A stretch of 64,000 nt of DNA from an uncultured Gammaproteobacteria bacterium. GTDB lineage: Bacteria > Patescibacteriota > Patescibacteriia > Patescibacteriales > UBA12075. The position numbers were made by a program, and so were the translations under genes. The stretch lies in NCBI GenBank assembly GCA_964459725.1, contig CAYWNT010000003.1, forward strand, positions 47,592 through 111,591, read 5' to 3'. Position 1 is the stretch's first letter; every line of letters starts with the position of its first letter. The notes below the pieces were generated by a model that searched no databases, was not told where the DNA came from, and saw nothing but the letters and a program-made list of their open reading frames with translations. Below are positions 40,903 through 51,264 of this stretch, one piece after another.

Positions 40903-41097
40903 TTACTTCTTCTTTTTCCAATCCTTTATCTTGATAGTTTTGTTCTTTTCATCAATTTCCAGCTCAACTTTTTGCTTTTCTTTCCACCTCCACCTTCTCA
41001 CAACATCAATAGGCAGGGTGATTGCATAACTTGAGCCCCCTGCAATCTTGGTTATCTTCCTGATATTGACCTCACTAAATTTTTTACTTGTTTTCAT
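40903..41097 (-). CDS. AbrB/MazE/SpoVT-family DNA-binding protein
   Basis: RKITKIAGGSSYAITLP. Confidence 0.8.
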   Translation of the reverse strand: MKTSKKFSEVNIRKITKIAGGSSYAITLPIDVVRRWRWKEKQKVELEIDEKNKTIKIKDWKKKK

Positions 41098-41151
41098 AAT
41101 TTTTAAATTTCTATGTCTACGTAGACGTCTCGCCTACTAAAATTAAAATTA

Positions 41152-42411
41152 TTACCCTTGTAATAATTTCTTGAATTTTTCCAACTCCTTATTAAATCTC
41201 TCTCTATTCTCCTCCTTAATAGGCTTGCCTGGAGGCAAGATCTCGTTATATGGATTTATTTTTGCCCCATTCTTGACCATCTCATAGTGAAGATGCGGGC
41301 CGGTTGAAAATCCGGTGGAACCAACATAACCGATTACTTCTCCTTGTTTTACACGCTCACCCCTTCTCACTGCAAATCTTGACTGATGAGCATAGTTGGT
41401 TGAGTATGTTCCATTATGCCTGATTGAAATCATGTTACCATATCCCCCACTCCAACCAGCAAAAGTAACTGTGCCATCGCCAACCGATCTTATCGGAGTT
41501 CCGTAAGCGGCAGCATAGTCAATAGCCTTATGCCCTGTAGAAACATTAAAAGCCTCTATATATCTTCTTCCAGTGGTAAAACCAGATGAAATATACTTAA
41601 ATGAAACCGGAGCTCTAAGAAACATCTTCTGAACAGAATTTCCATCCTCGTCAAAATATCCAATATTTTCTTCGCTCTCCTCAAAGTAATACACATAGTG
41701 TTCCTTACCGGCATTTACATACTTACCAGCGAGAATCCTTCCTGGCATCTTGTATTCCCCTTCCAGATATCTCTCTTCCCAAACAAAAGAAAAAGTATCC
41801 CCTACACGAGGATCCATGGCAAAATCAAGAGTCCACTGGAAGGCATTAGCAAGCTCAATTATCGCCCTCTCGTCTATGTCATTATCAAGCGCTGCCTGAT
41901 ACATGGATGACTCCACCACCCCTTCTGATACAACTGTTTTAACCTCATAAGCAATGTCTTCCCTTTCAGCAATCCAGACTACATCCCCTGTTCCCGTTGC
42001 CGTGTCAGCTGATCTAACACTCCTGGAGACATGGAGCTGCTCTTCACTGTCTATTTTGTAATACAAATCCTTGAGCTCGTCAGTGTCCCCATTATAAACC
42101 AACTCCAGAAACCTGCCCAATCTGATTTTCACTAAATCGTAAACATCTTTTGAAGCATTGTATATCTCCATGGATATTGCCGGAGTTACGCTGGCAGTCT
42201 CCATAAGTCCACCATAAGTAGAATCTTCCACTATCTCAACTCTTTCAATTCGATCATTTTTTATCTCTTCTCCTGTCTGGAAGTTTCCCAAAACATGCTT
42301 AGAGGCATCAACCTCACGAGCATTATCCTTTTTTCTTTCAAAATAAAAACTGATACCAATAATAGGTAACAAAAGAATAATTATTGCAGATTTTAAGCTC
42401 TTTTTAAACAT
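41152..42411 (-). CDS. M23 peptidoglycan DD-endopeptidase (MepM-like)
   Basis: HKAIDY (HxxxD), YAHQ, STGPHLH; start placed at MFKK. Confidence 0.93.
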   Translation of the reverse strand: MFKKSLKSAIIILLLPIIGISFYFERKKDNAREVDASKHVLGNFQTGEEIKNDRIERVEIVEDSTYGGLMETASVTPAISMEIYNASKDVYDLVKIRLGRFLELVYNGDTDELKDLYYKIDSEEQLHVSRSVRSADTATGTGDVVWIAEREDIAYEVKTVVSEGVVESSMYQAALDNDIDERAIIELANAFQWTLDFAMDPRVGDTFSFVWEERYLEGEYKMPGRILAGKYVNAGKEHYVYYFEESEENIGYFDEDGNSVQKMFLRAPVSFKYISSGFTTGRRYIEAFNVSTGHKAIDYAAAYGTPIRSVGDGTVTFAGWSGGYGNMISIRHNGTYSTNYAHQSRFAVRRGERVKQGEVIGYVGSTGFSTGPHLHYEMVKNGAKINPYNEILPPGKPIKEENRERFNKELEKFKKLLQG

Positions 42412-42566
42412 GCAGACATTATAACACAAAAGGACCAACCAAGACAATTACCTATCCCAACTCCCCTAATATACGCAAAATACCAAAAAACAGCCCTTAT
42501 TATCATAAGCGGCTGCAATATAAATATTTTCTAGTCCTTCTCTCGTTTGTTTTAATTTACTTAGTA

Positions 42567-43034
42567 TTAAAAATAAAATACTAAATAAAGAAAAGTCAGA
42601 ACACTGTAATTAAAAAGCATAAACCATTTATTGGCCCAGGCAATCCCGGAAAAATGGAAATGTGAAAAAGGCCAAAGGATTGGAGTTGGAAAAAAATGCC
42701 TACTATGAGTAAAGATATCAAGCATGATGTGAAATCCCCATCCCAAAAACACAAAGGCAGCCCAATCTAAATGAAAAATTTTAAGAAATAAATAAATGCC
42801 AAGCCAAACTACCAAACTATGAGTGAAGTCATAAAGCTTGAAAACGAACTTTGGAAAAGTAGACAACGGCTTGTCTGTATAGTGCAATATTTTTTGCAAA
42901 AAGCCTTTTCCAATAATTCTGGCAAAGCTGATAAAATCCGGAAGGACTCCAAAAAAAACTACAAAACTTCTCTGCTCTGGCGGCAATTCCTTAAAAACCA
43001 AGTTCGTCCATAATGCATGAGATAAAACATCCAT
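42567..43034 (-). CDS. Membrane metal-dependent hydrolase (YdjM-like)
   Basis: SHALW, LPD, THS, HIMLDIFTH, LWP. Confidence 0.75.
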   Translation of the reverse strand: MDVLSHALWTNLVFKELPPEQRSFVVFFGVLPDFISFARIIGKGFLQKILHYTDKPLSTFPKFVFKLYDFTHSLVVWLGIYLFLKIFHLDWAAFVFLGWGFHIMLDIFTHSRHFFPTPILWPFSHFHFSGIAWANKWFMLFNYSVLTFLYLVFYF

Positions 43035-43140
43035 ATAATTTAATATGATTATTTAAATATCACATTGTAATTATAGCAATTATTACATATTTTTCCAATG
43101 AAAAAGTCACATGGGCGAAACATGTGACTTTTTTCTGAGG

Positions 43141-43296
43141 CTAATTCGTAAGACTGTTTAACTCTCTGGACAGAGAGTCAAACTCTGCTTCTCTTTCCGC
43201 CCTGGTTAAATCTCTATCGATTTCACCAAAAATGGCCGAACACCCAGTTGTTAATATTGTTATTATTGCCAACAAAACAAGAGTCCTTTTTTTCAT
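43141..43296 (-). CDS. 51-aa small lipoprotein
   Basis: MKKRTLVLLAIITILTTGCSAIFGEIDRDLTRAEREAEFDSLSRELNSLTN*, SD AAGGAGG, terminator at 43101-43134; not in the ORF track. Confidence 0.7.
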   Translation of the reverse strand: MKKRTLVLLAIITILTTGCSAIFGEIDRDLTRAEREAEFDSLSRELNSLTN

Positions 43297-43647
43297 CAGA
43301 TCCCCTCCTTATTTTTGTTGAAAATATTGAAATATTAGATAATGAACATATTTATATATTAATTATATCACAAATGAAAATTAAATGATAATTTCATAAA
43401 TTTTTTTTAAATAAAAAGCACTAAGAAGGTAATTTTATTATATAGCAATGGTTACGCGTTTAAATACATACACTGGATGGAAGCAGGCAGTTTATGGATT
43501 AAATGTAAAAATATCATTTATTCTTTTATCAAACTTTAATTTATAATTAACAATAAATTTATATAATAATCATATAAAATCCTACTTATTAAAATTATTG
43601 GATTTTGAAAATAAACACCTCAAAACCAATAATAACCAAATAATCAT

Positions 43648-45444
43648 ATGAAAAAGAATCTTATTTTCATTTTATCCCTCATGATCATTTGGACTCTCTC
43701 TTTTGGCACGGCCATAGAGTCAAGTGCAAAAACTAATAACACCCAGGGCAAGGTGATAAAAGGAAAAAACATTTCAACGCTTTACTATGTAGGCGACAAT
43801 GGGAAAAGATACGTTTTCCCGAACGCCAAAATTTACTTCAGCTGGTTTGGAAATTTCAATGAGGTGGTTGAGGTTGAACAAGAGGAGCTTTACGACTATC
43901 CCCTCGGCGGAAATGTGAGATATAAACCCGGGGTGGTTTTAGTAAAAATTCAGACCAATCCAAAAGTTTATGCAGTTGGCAACAACGGAAAACTACGTTG
44001 GGTAAAAACTGAAAAATTGGCCAAACATTTATACGGATCAAACTGGAATCTTCTAATTGATGATGTTCCAGATTCATTTTTTACAAATTATGAAATAGAT
44101 GATCCTATTGATGAGGAAAGTGATTTTGATCCCGAAGAGGAAGAAGAGGAAAACCCAACAATAAATCACAATCTGGGCTTCAAACATAGATTAATATTTA
44201 AAATTCAAGAATCCATTCAGGAAAAGCGATGTCAAAGACTAGGGAAATATATAAAGCGAGTTCAGAAAAGATTGGCTCGATTTGGGATCGAGGCAGATGA
44301 TCTAGGTGGAGATTATTTGGAGGAATGCTTTGATGAAGATAGGTTTGAGAACAAATACAAAAAGAAAAAAAGATGGAAATGGTACAAAAACAATAAGATA
44401 AATATTTGCCATATTCCACCCGGGGATCCAGAAAATTCCCACACCATTTCAGTCAGCCTGAGAGCTACAAGAGCTCATTTAGCGCATGGAGATTATCTTG
44501 GAAAATGTGAAACTGGTCAAGATGATGACGACCAGGATGAAGTAGATACAACTCCTCCGATAATTTCAGAAATAAATTCCAACCCTTCGGCTAGCACAAA
44601 TGTTATTAGCTGGATTACAGATGAAAAAGCTAATAGTGTAGTAGAGTATGCAAGCGAACCCCTGGATCAGGCAACCATAACTACAATTATTAATAAAAGT
44701 GATTATGACACTACTCACGAATTAACTCTAGAAAATCTAACATCTTCTACCACCTACTATTTTATAATCAAATCAACTGACGAAGAAGGCAACACGGCCA
44801 CTACCACAGAGCACCAGTTCGCGACTGAAAAAGAGAATGAAGAGGCAGACACTACCCCGCCGATCATATCAGAAGTGTCAGCAGAAGAGATGGCAACCAG
44901 CACTATTATCACCTGGGAAACTGATGAGGGGGCTGACAGCGTAGTAGAATATGCAAATGAACCCTTGGATCAAGCAGCAACTACAACAATTACGAGTGAG
45001 AGTGATTATGTCACAGCACATGAGCTAACACTGGAAAATCTAACATCCTCTACTACCTATTACTACATTGTTAGATCAACTGACGAGGAGGGCAACACAG
45101 CCAGTACTACAGAACACTCATTCACAACCGAAAAAATAAGTGAGGAACCAGACACCACTGCTCCGATCATATCAGAAGTATCAGTGGAAGAGATGGCGAC
45201 CAGCACTACTATAGCCTGGGAAACTGATGAGAATGCTGACAGTGTGGTTATCTATGCAGACGAATCACTAGACACAGCTTCAACAACGATAAGCAAGTCT
45301 GATGACAATTTAACATTGAGTCATTCGATCACACTGAATGATCTGGCAACATCCACAGAATACTTTTTCAGAGTTGAATCAAGTGACGCTGAGGGCAATA
45401 TAGCCTCAACTTCTGAAGAATCTTTCACAACTCTATCTGAGTAA
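43648..45444 (+). CDS. Secreted surface protein: CPR-type N-terminal domain, CHIPPG motif, three FN3/purple-acid-phosphatase-N-like repeats
   Basis: YYVGDNGKRYVFPN domain; ICHIPPG...AHLAHGDYLG.C; three DTT.P.ISE...W.TDE...YY...S.D..GN repeats. Confidence 0.8.
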   Translation: MKKNLIFILSLMIIWTLSFGTAIESSAKTNNTQGKVIKGKNISTLYYVGDNGKRYVFPNAKIYFSWFGNFNEVVEVEQEELYDYPLGGNVRYKPGVVLVKIQTNPKVYAVGNNGKLRWVKTEKLAKHLYGSNWNLLIDDVPDSFFTNYEIDDPIDEESDFDPEEEEEENPTINHNLGFKHRLIFKIQESIQEKRCQRLGKYIKRVQKRLARFGIEADDLGGDYLEECFDEDRFENKYKKKKRWKWYKNNKINICHIPPGDPENSHTISVSLRATRAHLAHGDYLGKCETGQDDDDQDEVDTTPPIISEINSNPSASTNVISWITDEKANSVVEYASEPLDQATITTIINKSDYDTTHELTLENLTSSTTYYFIIKSTDEEGNTATTTEHQFATEKENEEADTTPPIISEVSAEEMATSTIITWETDEGADSVVEYANEPLDQAATTTITSESDYVTAHELTLENLTSSTTYYYIVRSTDEEGNTASTTEHSFTTEKISEEPDTTAPIISEVSVEEMATSTTIAWETDENADSVVIYADESLDTASTTISKSDDNLTLSHSITLNDLATSTEYFFRVESSDAEGNIASTSEESFTTLSE

Positions 45445-45547
45445 AAACTCTAAAACACATAATTTTCAAAAATAAAAAACCACCGCACCAATATTTTTCA
45501 TTGGTGTGGTGGTTTATTGTATCGGACGAACTTAATAAATGATTTAC

Positions 45548-45796
45548 TTACTGTGTCGTCTTTACGAGCTTGGCTTGAATTTCCAGTTGGTCTATATTCG
45601 TACCAAGATCATTTTCAAAGATTTCTTGAATTTTTTCATCGGCCATAATGAACTTGGTATTACCAGCCGAAATCACGCCTTTTTTATCTGCTCTTTGTTT
45701 AGCGCGAACAAGGATGCCAGCTCTTACAAAGGAATCCAACTTGTAACCCGCGCCACCCTCAGAAATAAACATCTCCACGTTTTCAAGGCGATACAT
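45548..45796 (-). CDS. Hypothetical protein
   Basis: 82-aa ORF with SD AGGAGGT. Confidence 0.6.
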   Translation of the reverse strand: MYRLENVEMFISEGGAGYKLDSFVRAGILVRAKQRADKKGVISAGNTKFIMADEKIQEIFENDLGTNIDQLEIQAKLVKTTQ

Positions 45797-45986
45797 TTTT
45801 CACCTCCTGCATCCTTTTAAATGATAAATCCTTCCGCCCACTTGATCCATCCTTCCGTGTCTTTTAATTTTTATGAAACAATAAAACACTTATAATGTTT
45901 ATCATTATTTATACCATTCAAGAAGGGATTGTCAATACAGAGAATTCGATCGAGCACTAAAAATACTTCCTTTGATAAAAAACAGA

Positions 45987-46712
45987 TTAACAACTTTCAG
46001 CTCCCTGCTTAGCTTCACCTAAGATACTTAGCCATTCATCAATTTGTGTAAGCGCTTCATCCTTGGATAATTGCGCCTTTTTATGTCCTGCAAACACATG
46101 CTGAAAATCTAACGTTTTAATTTCTGACAAGGTTTTTACATAATTCGCCACTGAAGAGTTTGGTAATTGAAAAATAATTTCTCCCTGATATAAAACATCA
46201 GCAGTAAATATTAATCCACTATTACGCTCCAGTAAAACACACGAATCGTCTGAATGTCCTGGCCCAGGCAATATATCAAATGTTAAATCACATACAGATA
46301 TAAAGCTATTTTGAATAACAGATTCTTTTCTTGGGCAGATATTAAATGAGTCGGAAAAATCTCTTATCCGATCTGCTTCTTTTATCAAAAAATCCGTTTC
46401 TGCTAAATACTCATTAGCCCATAATCCCCTATCAAGATTTTGAAAAACCTTCGGGGTCAACAGTATTTCTTCCGGCAAAAAATCACCCATTCCACCTGCA
46501 TGATCAAAGTGGGAATGGGTGATGAATACTTTTATCTTTCTAAATCCCTGTTCAAACAAAAACGCTTTTAAATCTGCGTACCCCAACCCCGAATCAATAA
46601 CCAAACACTCATCTTTGTTGCCTACTACAAAAATATTCGCCCTTTCATCCTTGCTATAAAAAGATTCGGTTACCAGCCACACATTCTCAAGAAGCTTTTT
46701 TATCTCAAACAT
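45987..46712 (-). CDS. Metallo-beta-lactamase-fold hydrolase
   Basis: IDSG, THSHFDH, PGHS, AD, GH. Confidence 0.9.
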   Translation of the reverse strand: MFEIKKLLENVWLVTESFYSKDERANIFVVGNKDECLVIDSGLGYADLKAFLFEQGFRKIKVFITHSHFDHAGGMGDFLPEEILLTPKVFQNLDRGLWANEYLAETDFLIKEADRIRDFSDSFNICPRKESVIQNSFISVCDLTFDILPGPGHSDDSCVLLERNSGLIFTADVLYQGEIIFQLPNSSVANYVKTLSEIKTLDFQHVFAGHKKAQLSKDEALTQIDEWLSILGEAKQGAESC

Positions 46713-46927
46713 CTTTTACGCCTCCTTTTATTTAAAATTAGCCTGTAACTAAAAAGAACAGAATCATAACAATTTGCCACAAAAAAATTATTTTGTCAAG
46801 CTCACCACAAATCTTTCTATTAATTTATTAAAAATGATAAATAAAAAATCACCAAAAATATTTCAGTGATTTTCCTTATTTTATTGCTTTTATTCGTCTA
46901 ACCTCACTATCGACAAGGCGGCAAAAT

Positions 46928-47095
46928 TTAATCAGAATTTTTCTTTTTAATTCTTATTAAACCAACAACACCAACAATAACCGTTATCAATCCCAATAAC
47001 TGTCCCCCAGGACTATCATCATGCCCAGCGTATACAAACATAAGCACACCAATAGATATTGTTAAAATATAAAATATTATTTTTCCAATCTTCAT
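46928..47095 (-). CDS. 55-aa two-TM small protein
   Basis: MKIGKIIFYILTISIGVLMFVYAGHDDSPGGQLLGLITVIVGVVGLIRIKKKNSD*; not in the ORF track. Confidence 0.65.
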   Translation of the reverse strand: MKIGKIIFYILTISIGVLMFVYAGHDDSPGGQLLGLITVIVGVVGLIRIKKKNSD

Positions 47096-47204
47096 ACCAA
47101 AATCCTAATACAAGTAAAGACTATTAAATAAAAACTAGATAAATAAAAAATACCTTTTCCTGGTTCATTGTCGCGCTTTCCCCATTTAACTGAATTTATA
47201 GTCA

Positions 47205-47648
47205 TCACTCAGAATTAAGCTTAGCGCTAATCCATGATGCCTTCTTATTTTCATTAAGAAAAAACAACTCCTTATCACTCAGAGATTTCATGGTTATAGT
47301 GCCTCCGACCTTCCGGCCAGAAAGATATTTCTTGGGAAGTGTCTGATTTATGTACTCCTTCCCTCCTGCTAGTAATGTAATATTGTAAAAAATATTGCCA
47401 TCTTGATACTTACCTAAACGACTGGCTGGATCAATATTTCTTAGTTGCTCTAGCCTAACAATCTTTGCTTTTACATATTTCCCATCCTCCCGCACCTTAT
47501 TTACCTTGCTGCGAATTCTTAAATAGAATAAGAACATTACGGTACCGATAAGGAACATAAAAAAAGGATCAAAAAAACCAACAATCCCAATAACACCAAT
47601 CATTAAGAGAATTAAGAAAAATTTTTTAATAAAATTATTAGAGTTCAT
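47205..47648 (-). CDS. Hypothetical membrane protein
   Basis: Two N-terminal hydrophobic segments and a soluble C-terminus. Confidence 0.6.
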   Translation of the reverse strand: MNSNNFIKKFFLILLMIGVIGIVGFFDPFFMFLIGTVMFLFYLRIRSKVNKVREDGKYVKAKIVRLEQLRNIDPASRLGKYQDGNIFYNITLLAGGKEYINQTLPKKYLSGRKVGGTITMKSLSDKELFFLNENKKASWISAKLNSE

Positions 47649-47869
47649 AGTTTTATTTTTAAATTAATTATATTATATCACATAAAGCAAAAAGGTTGAA
47701 AAAGCAATATAAACGTAACCTTATCAATGGAAAATTACAAAGCAACTTGGTTTTATCAAAATTATAAAGCAAAAATTAAAAAATGCCGCATAGATAATCT
47801 ATGCGGCATAAATTTTGGCTTAATTAATCAAGTCAAAATCGCTACGCTTCACTTATGTTCTTCTGAGAA

Positions 47870-48325
47870 TCACCAATCATTGTCATCTATTAATAGTTTT
47901 TTGGCCAGAATTTCTATTATCTCTTTTGGTAGAGATTCTGCATAGTCAATACAACCATCCTTCTCCCTGAGACATCGAACACTGGTATCATTCTCAGACA
48001 CCAAATAGTAGACACCATCGAGCATTTCTTGCTTGATCCAATCTGAAAAACAAGAACAGCACTCTGCGTCAACCAACTTGGTAAGCCTAACCTCAGATGG
48101 AAAAACTAAAAAATAACTATCACCCATTAATTCAAGCTTGCATCCCTCATCTAGCAAAGCCTTACTAAGCTCAACCTCTTCCCCCTTCTCCCACTGGAGC
48201 TCCCAACAAATCTCATCAGGGATAATTTCATCTACTCCCTCACTTAAGTAGCTAAAAAATCTACTACTAACCCTTTCCCACGACACCCTATGCACCTCAT
48301 TTCTCAAATCATCTACGATACCCAT
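47870..48325 (-). CDS. Hypothetical acidic protein
   Basis: 151-aa ORF with SD AGGAG. Confidence 0.6.
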   Translation of the reverse strand: MGIVDDLRNEVHRVSWERVSSRFFSYLSEGVDEIIPDEICWELQWEKGEEVELSKALLDEGCKLELMGDSYFLVFPSEVRLTKLVDAECCSCFSDWIKQEMLDGVYYLVSENDTSVRCLREKDGCIDYAESLPKEIIEILAKKLLIDDNDW

Positions 48326-48533
48326 ATCCCCTTCTCCTGTTTATAAATGATTAATTGTCACATGACTTAATATTACTCGTGACTTTTTAATGCCTCCTGG
48401 ATCATTATTAATTATAGAAAATTATATTATGAACAATTAAAAAGCATAGCTCAAAGACATACTTTTGTCAATTAAAATTCGAACGTCCGATTCGGGTATA
48501 AAAAAATAAGGCTAGTATTGACCTTATTTTAAT

Positions 48534-48607
48534 TTGCTCCCGGGGTCGCCTGCCTGCCGGCAAGGCAGGGATTCCCTCCTATGCTCTTCGAGCTTCGGCG
48601 GGTGAAC
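48534..48607 (-). pseudogene. Displaced tRNA-Asn 3' fragment interrupted by two palindromic inserts
   Basis: GTTC[29 nt]GAATC[21 nt]CGACCCCGGGAGCAA equals the tRNA 3' end once 48575-48603 and 48549-48569 are removed. Confidence 0.75.
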
Positions 48608-48665
48608 TTCTCATCACGGCCTACAAAAACAAAATAAAAACACCTCGAATGAGGTGCTTTTATAT

Positions 48666-49745
48666 TTGCTCCCCTTAATGAACAAGTTTAGAACTATTAA
48701 TTGGAATAAAATCAATGAAAAATTAATAAAAATAAAAAGCGGATGTTGACTTTACGTCTCACCGCTTGTTTAATTTTGTTATTCTTTTTAATTTTGTTTT
48801 GTTGCCTGATGCCCAATGTAATAAACCCTCTCGCACTTATCACACTTCATCCTGAGAGGCGACTTTATAACATCTGCCCAAACATTAATGTCTTGGCAAA
48901 ATACAAAGCCAGTACTCCTAACTATGCCTCCCCTGCAAAATGAACATTTAAATCCATTGTCCTTAGCTTTGCTTTCTTTTGACCTCCATTTATACAAAGG
49001 GGTGGCGCCTGAATAAACATCATTCTCATTTTCAAAAACATAAAAACAATGAGATTTTGGATGATTTTTTCTAGCAATCGAAAAGGCTCCTCTTGGGCTT
49101 TTGGAATATACTTTTTCTATCACAGGTGCAGGATTTGAATGAAGTACAAAATATACATTTTTTGTTCCCCCATTGGAGAAATTGGATATTCCGCATTGTT
49201 GAAGTAATTGCGGTTTCATTATAAAACCTCCCTATTTCAATTGAAGTTAAATAGATATTATCTAAATCAGTAGAAATACTTACAATTCATTTTAATACCC
49301 TCCAGGATAAAATTTTAAACTTATATTTTTTATTGTAAAGAACAAAAAAAGTATAACATATGTTATACTTTTTGTCAAGCAAGCTCCCGGTACATTCAAC
49401 TCTGAAGTGCAACACCTGTCTTTTCATAGAATACCTCATAAGGTGTATTACTACGGATATGTTTAACCAAAAGCTAAAAGAATATAAAGAAAGGCAACAA
49501 GAAATAAATGATAAATTGCAGACTTTAGATGTTGCTGATGAAGACTATTATATCACCGTAAACACAGTACTATCTCTTGCTCAGCGGGCATTAGAAATAT
49601 TTGAAAGTTCTGAAGTGTCTGAAAAACGACAACTTCTCAATTTTCTACTTCGGAACCTTGAATTGAGAGGAAAAAAGTTGGAATATAAGCTAAAAGCACC
49701 GTTTGATACGGTGCTTAAAGCGAACGAGTGTTCTGATTTGCTCCC
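48666..49745. mobile_element. Degenerate ~1.1-kb integrative element remnant
   Basis: TTGCTCCC cores at 48666 and 49738; the LSR C-terminal fragment runs into a tRNA-3' copy. Confidence 0.65.
48788..49219 (-). CDS. Hypothetical protein with C-terminal CxxC...CxxC zinc ribbon
   Basis: CSFC...CDKC; SD GGGAGG; promoter TTGACA-17-TATACT at ~49350-49378. Confidence 0.6.
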   Translation of the reverse strand: MKPQLLQQCGISNFSNGGTKNVYFVLHSNPAPVIEKVYSKSPRGAFSIARKNHPKSHCFYVFENENDVYSGATPLYKWRSKESKAKDNGFKCSFCRGGIVRSTGFVFCQDINVWADVIKSPLRMKCDKCERVYYIGHQATKQN

Positions 49746-49809
49746 GGGGTCGGATTCGAAGGGTTCAAGCCCCAACACCATCAACAATTCACAATTCTAC
49801 TTCTTGTAA
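49441..49809 (+). pseudogene. C-terminal fragment of a large serine recombinase
   Basis: ITTDMFNQKLKEY...EKRQLLNFLLRNLELRGKKL...LLPGSDS parallels the C-terminus of 61353-62975; no catalytic domain. Confidence 0.75.
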
Positions 49810-50180
49810 CCGTTCAACTATAATACATTATTCTGCTGCACTTAAACACTTCTCAGCTCGATTCTCATCACAAACCACAGATACCAAATATAAAAACACC
49901 TCGAATGAGGTGCTTTTATATTTGCTCCGCGGAATATATGAAGTTAGAACCTCTATTTGTCTAAAACAAACATGCTTTATTAAATAAATTTGAAATACTT
50001 AGAGGGGGGGGCTACCCGAAAACTTCCCTTTTTGATTTAAAATAAAATTGGCCTCTGTGAAATTTGCATCAATTTTCAGAAAATGATGTGTTTGATGTCG
50101 GTGATGTTTTTTTTAAATCATTTTAAATATTTATAAAAACCTACAAAAAAAGCGAATTATATATAATTCGCTTTTAATAA

Positions 50181-50711
50181 TCACTTCTTTAATTGAAGTA
50201 GTTTATTTGACTGAAAAAAATCTTCAATACTATTTACATTCCACCAACCTTTTAATCTTGGCTTATAAATGAAATCTTGTAGATGAAATGGTATTTTCCC
50301 TGGATTTAATTCATAGCCCTCACTATTTTCTCCTCTAATATGAACTAAATGGTCCCCTTTAAATGTTTTACCAAGGCGCAAAACAACCCTTCTAATTGCT
50401 ATATCATGTATATGAGCATTATCTGTTTCTTGAATATTGTAGTCAATTTTTGAATTCACATTTGAAACATTTGTATCATATACATCGCTTGCATTCATCA
50501 GAAGCCAGTTTAATAATCCGATATTAGATTTAAAAAACTCATAATAAGCATCTTCATACAATATAATAGCAAAATCTCTCGAAATAACAGTGTCACACCA
50601 TGAATATGCCACCCTCCAACCATTGATTCCATATAAAGCATCCCATTCTTCTTTGAAAACAATTCTCCTTTTTCCAAAATAACCTGGTCTTCTAATTGTC
50701 TCCCAACTCAT
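50181..50711 (-). CDS. Hypothetical protein
   Basis: 176 aa, RPGYFG, YEDAY, H..DIAIRR, GWW..S.EDF.QSNK; SD GAGGTGG, 10 nt from the upstream SLOG gene. Confidence 0.7.
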   Translation of the reverse strand: MSWETIRRPGYFGKRRIVFKEEWDALYGINGWRVAYSWCDTVISRDFAIILYEDAYYEFFKSNIGLLNWLLMNASDVYDTNVSNVNSKIDYNIQETDNAHIHDIAIRRVVLRLGKTFKGDHLVHIRGENSEGYELNPGKIPFHLQDFIYKPRLKGWWNVNSIEDFFQSNKLLQLKK

Positions 50712-50721
50712 TATCCACCTC

Positions 50722-51264
50722 TTATGGATTTTTTTGATTAATTAGTTTTAATATCTTTTTTACTGCATCTTCTGGGCTTGATGCTGACTCAACCTTCATT
50801 CTTTTCCTACTATCTAAATATTTTCCCACCATCATGTCAGATGAGCCCCCTGTGCCCTTTATTGCAACAATAGGAATATGAAGCTGATATGCCACCAGCA
50901 TTTCATTTAGCGTCCCAGATCCACCTGATACAGTTATTATTCCGTCACAACTATTTACTAAAACAAATTCTCTCCCTCCACCTCTTTCCATGCCACTACA
51001 GATAACAACATCAGCATATTTATTACCTCCCCAAACTTCTTTGCCCTTACCATATGTGATTCCAACAACTAGTCCGTTTTCTTCCTTGGCCCCCTTAGCT
51101 GCAGAGGTTGAAAGAGAATCAACGTCTTTTTCAGCACCATAAACAAGTATACTCCCAGTTTTAGCAACTTCTTTTCCTATATTTTCAGCAATTAATTGGT
51201 TTTTTTTTGAATTTTTGGTGTCCGCTGCTGATCCCATTACACCAATTTGTAATTTTCTTTTCAT
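50722..51264 (-). CDS. SLOG/LOG-superfamily protein (TIGR00725-like)
   Basis: IGVMG, GAKE..G.VVGI, R..LV..D..I..GGSGTLNE...AY. Confidence 0.85.
   Translation of the reverse strand: MKRKLQIGVMGSAADTKNSKKNQLIAENIGKEVAKTGSILVYGAEKDVDSLSTSAAKGAKEENGLVVGITYGKGKEVWGGNKYADVVICSGMERGGGREFVLVNSCDGIITVSGGSGTLNEMLVAYQLHIPIVAIKGTGGSSDMMVGKYLDSRKRMKVESASSPEDAVKKILKLINQKNP

Noticed and set aside
44530-45440. ~300-bp direct repeats as a DNA repeat array or DGR template
   Set aside because: They are in-frame FN3-like protein domain repeats; no reverse transcriptase is present and the differences are not adenine-specific
49703-49987. 94-aa ORF across the att region
   Set aside because: It spans the tRNA fragment and terminator; only its last codons are meaningful, as the alternative recombinase tail
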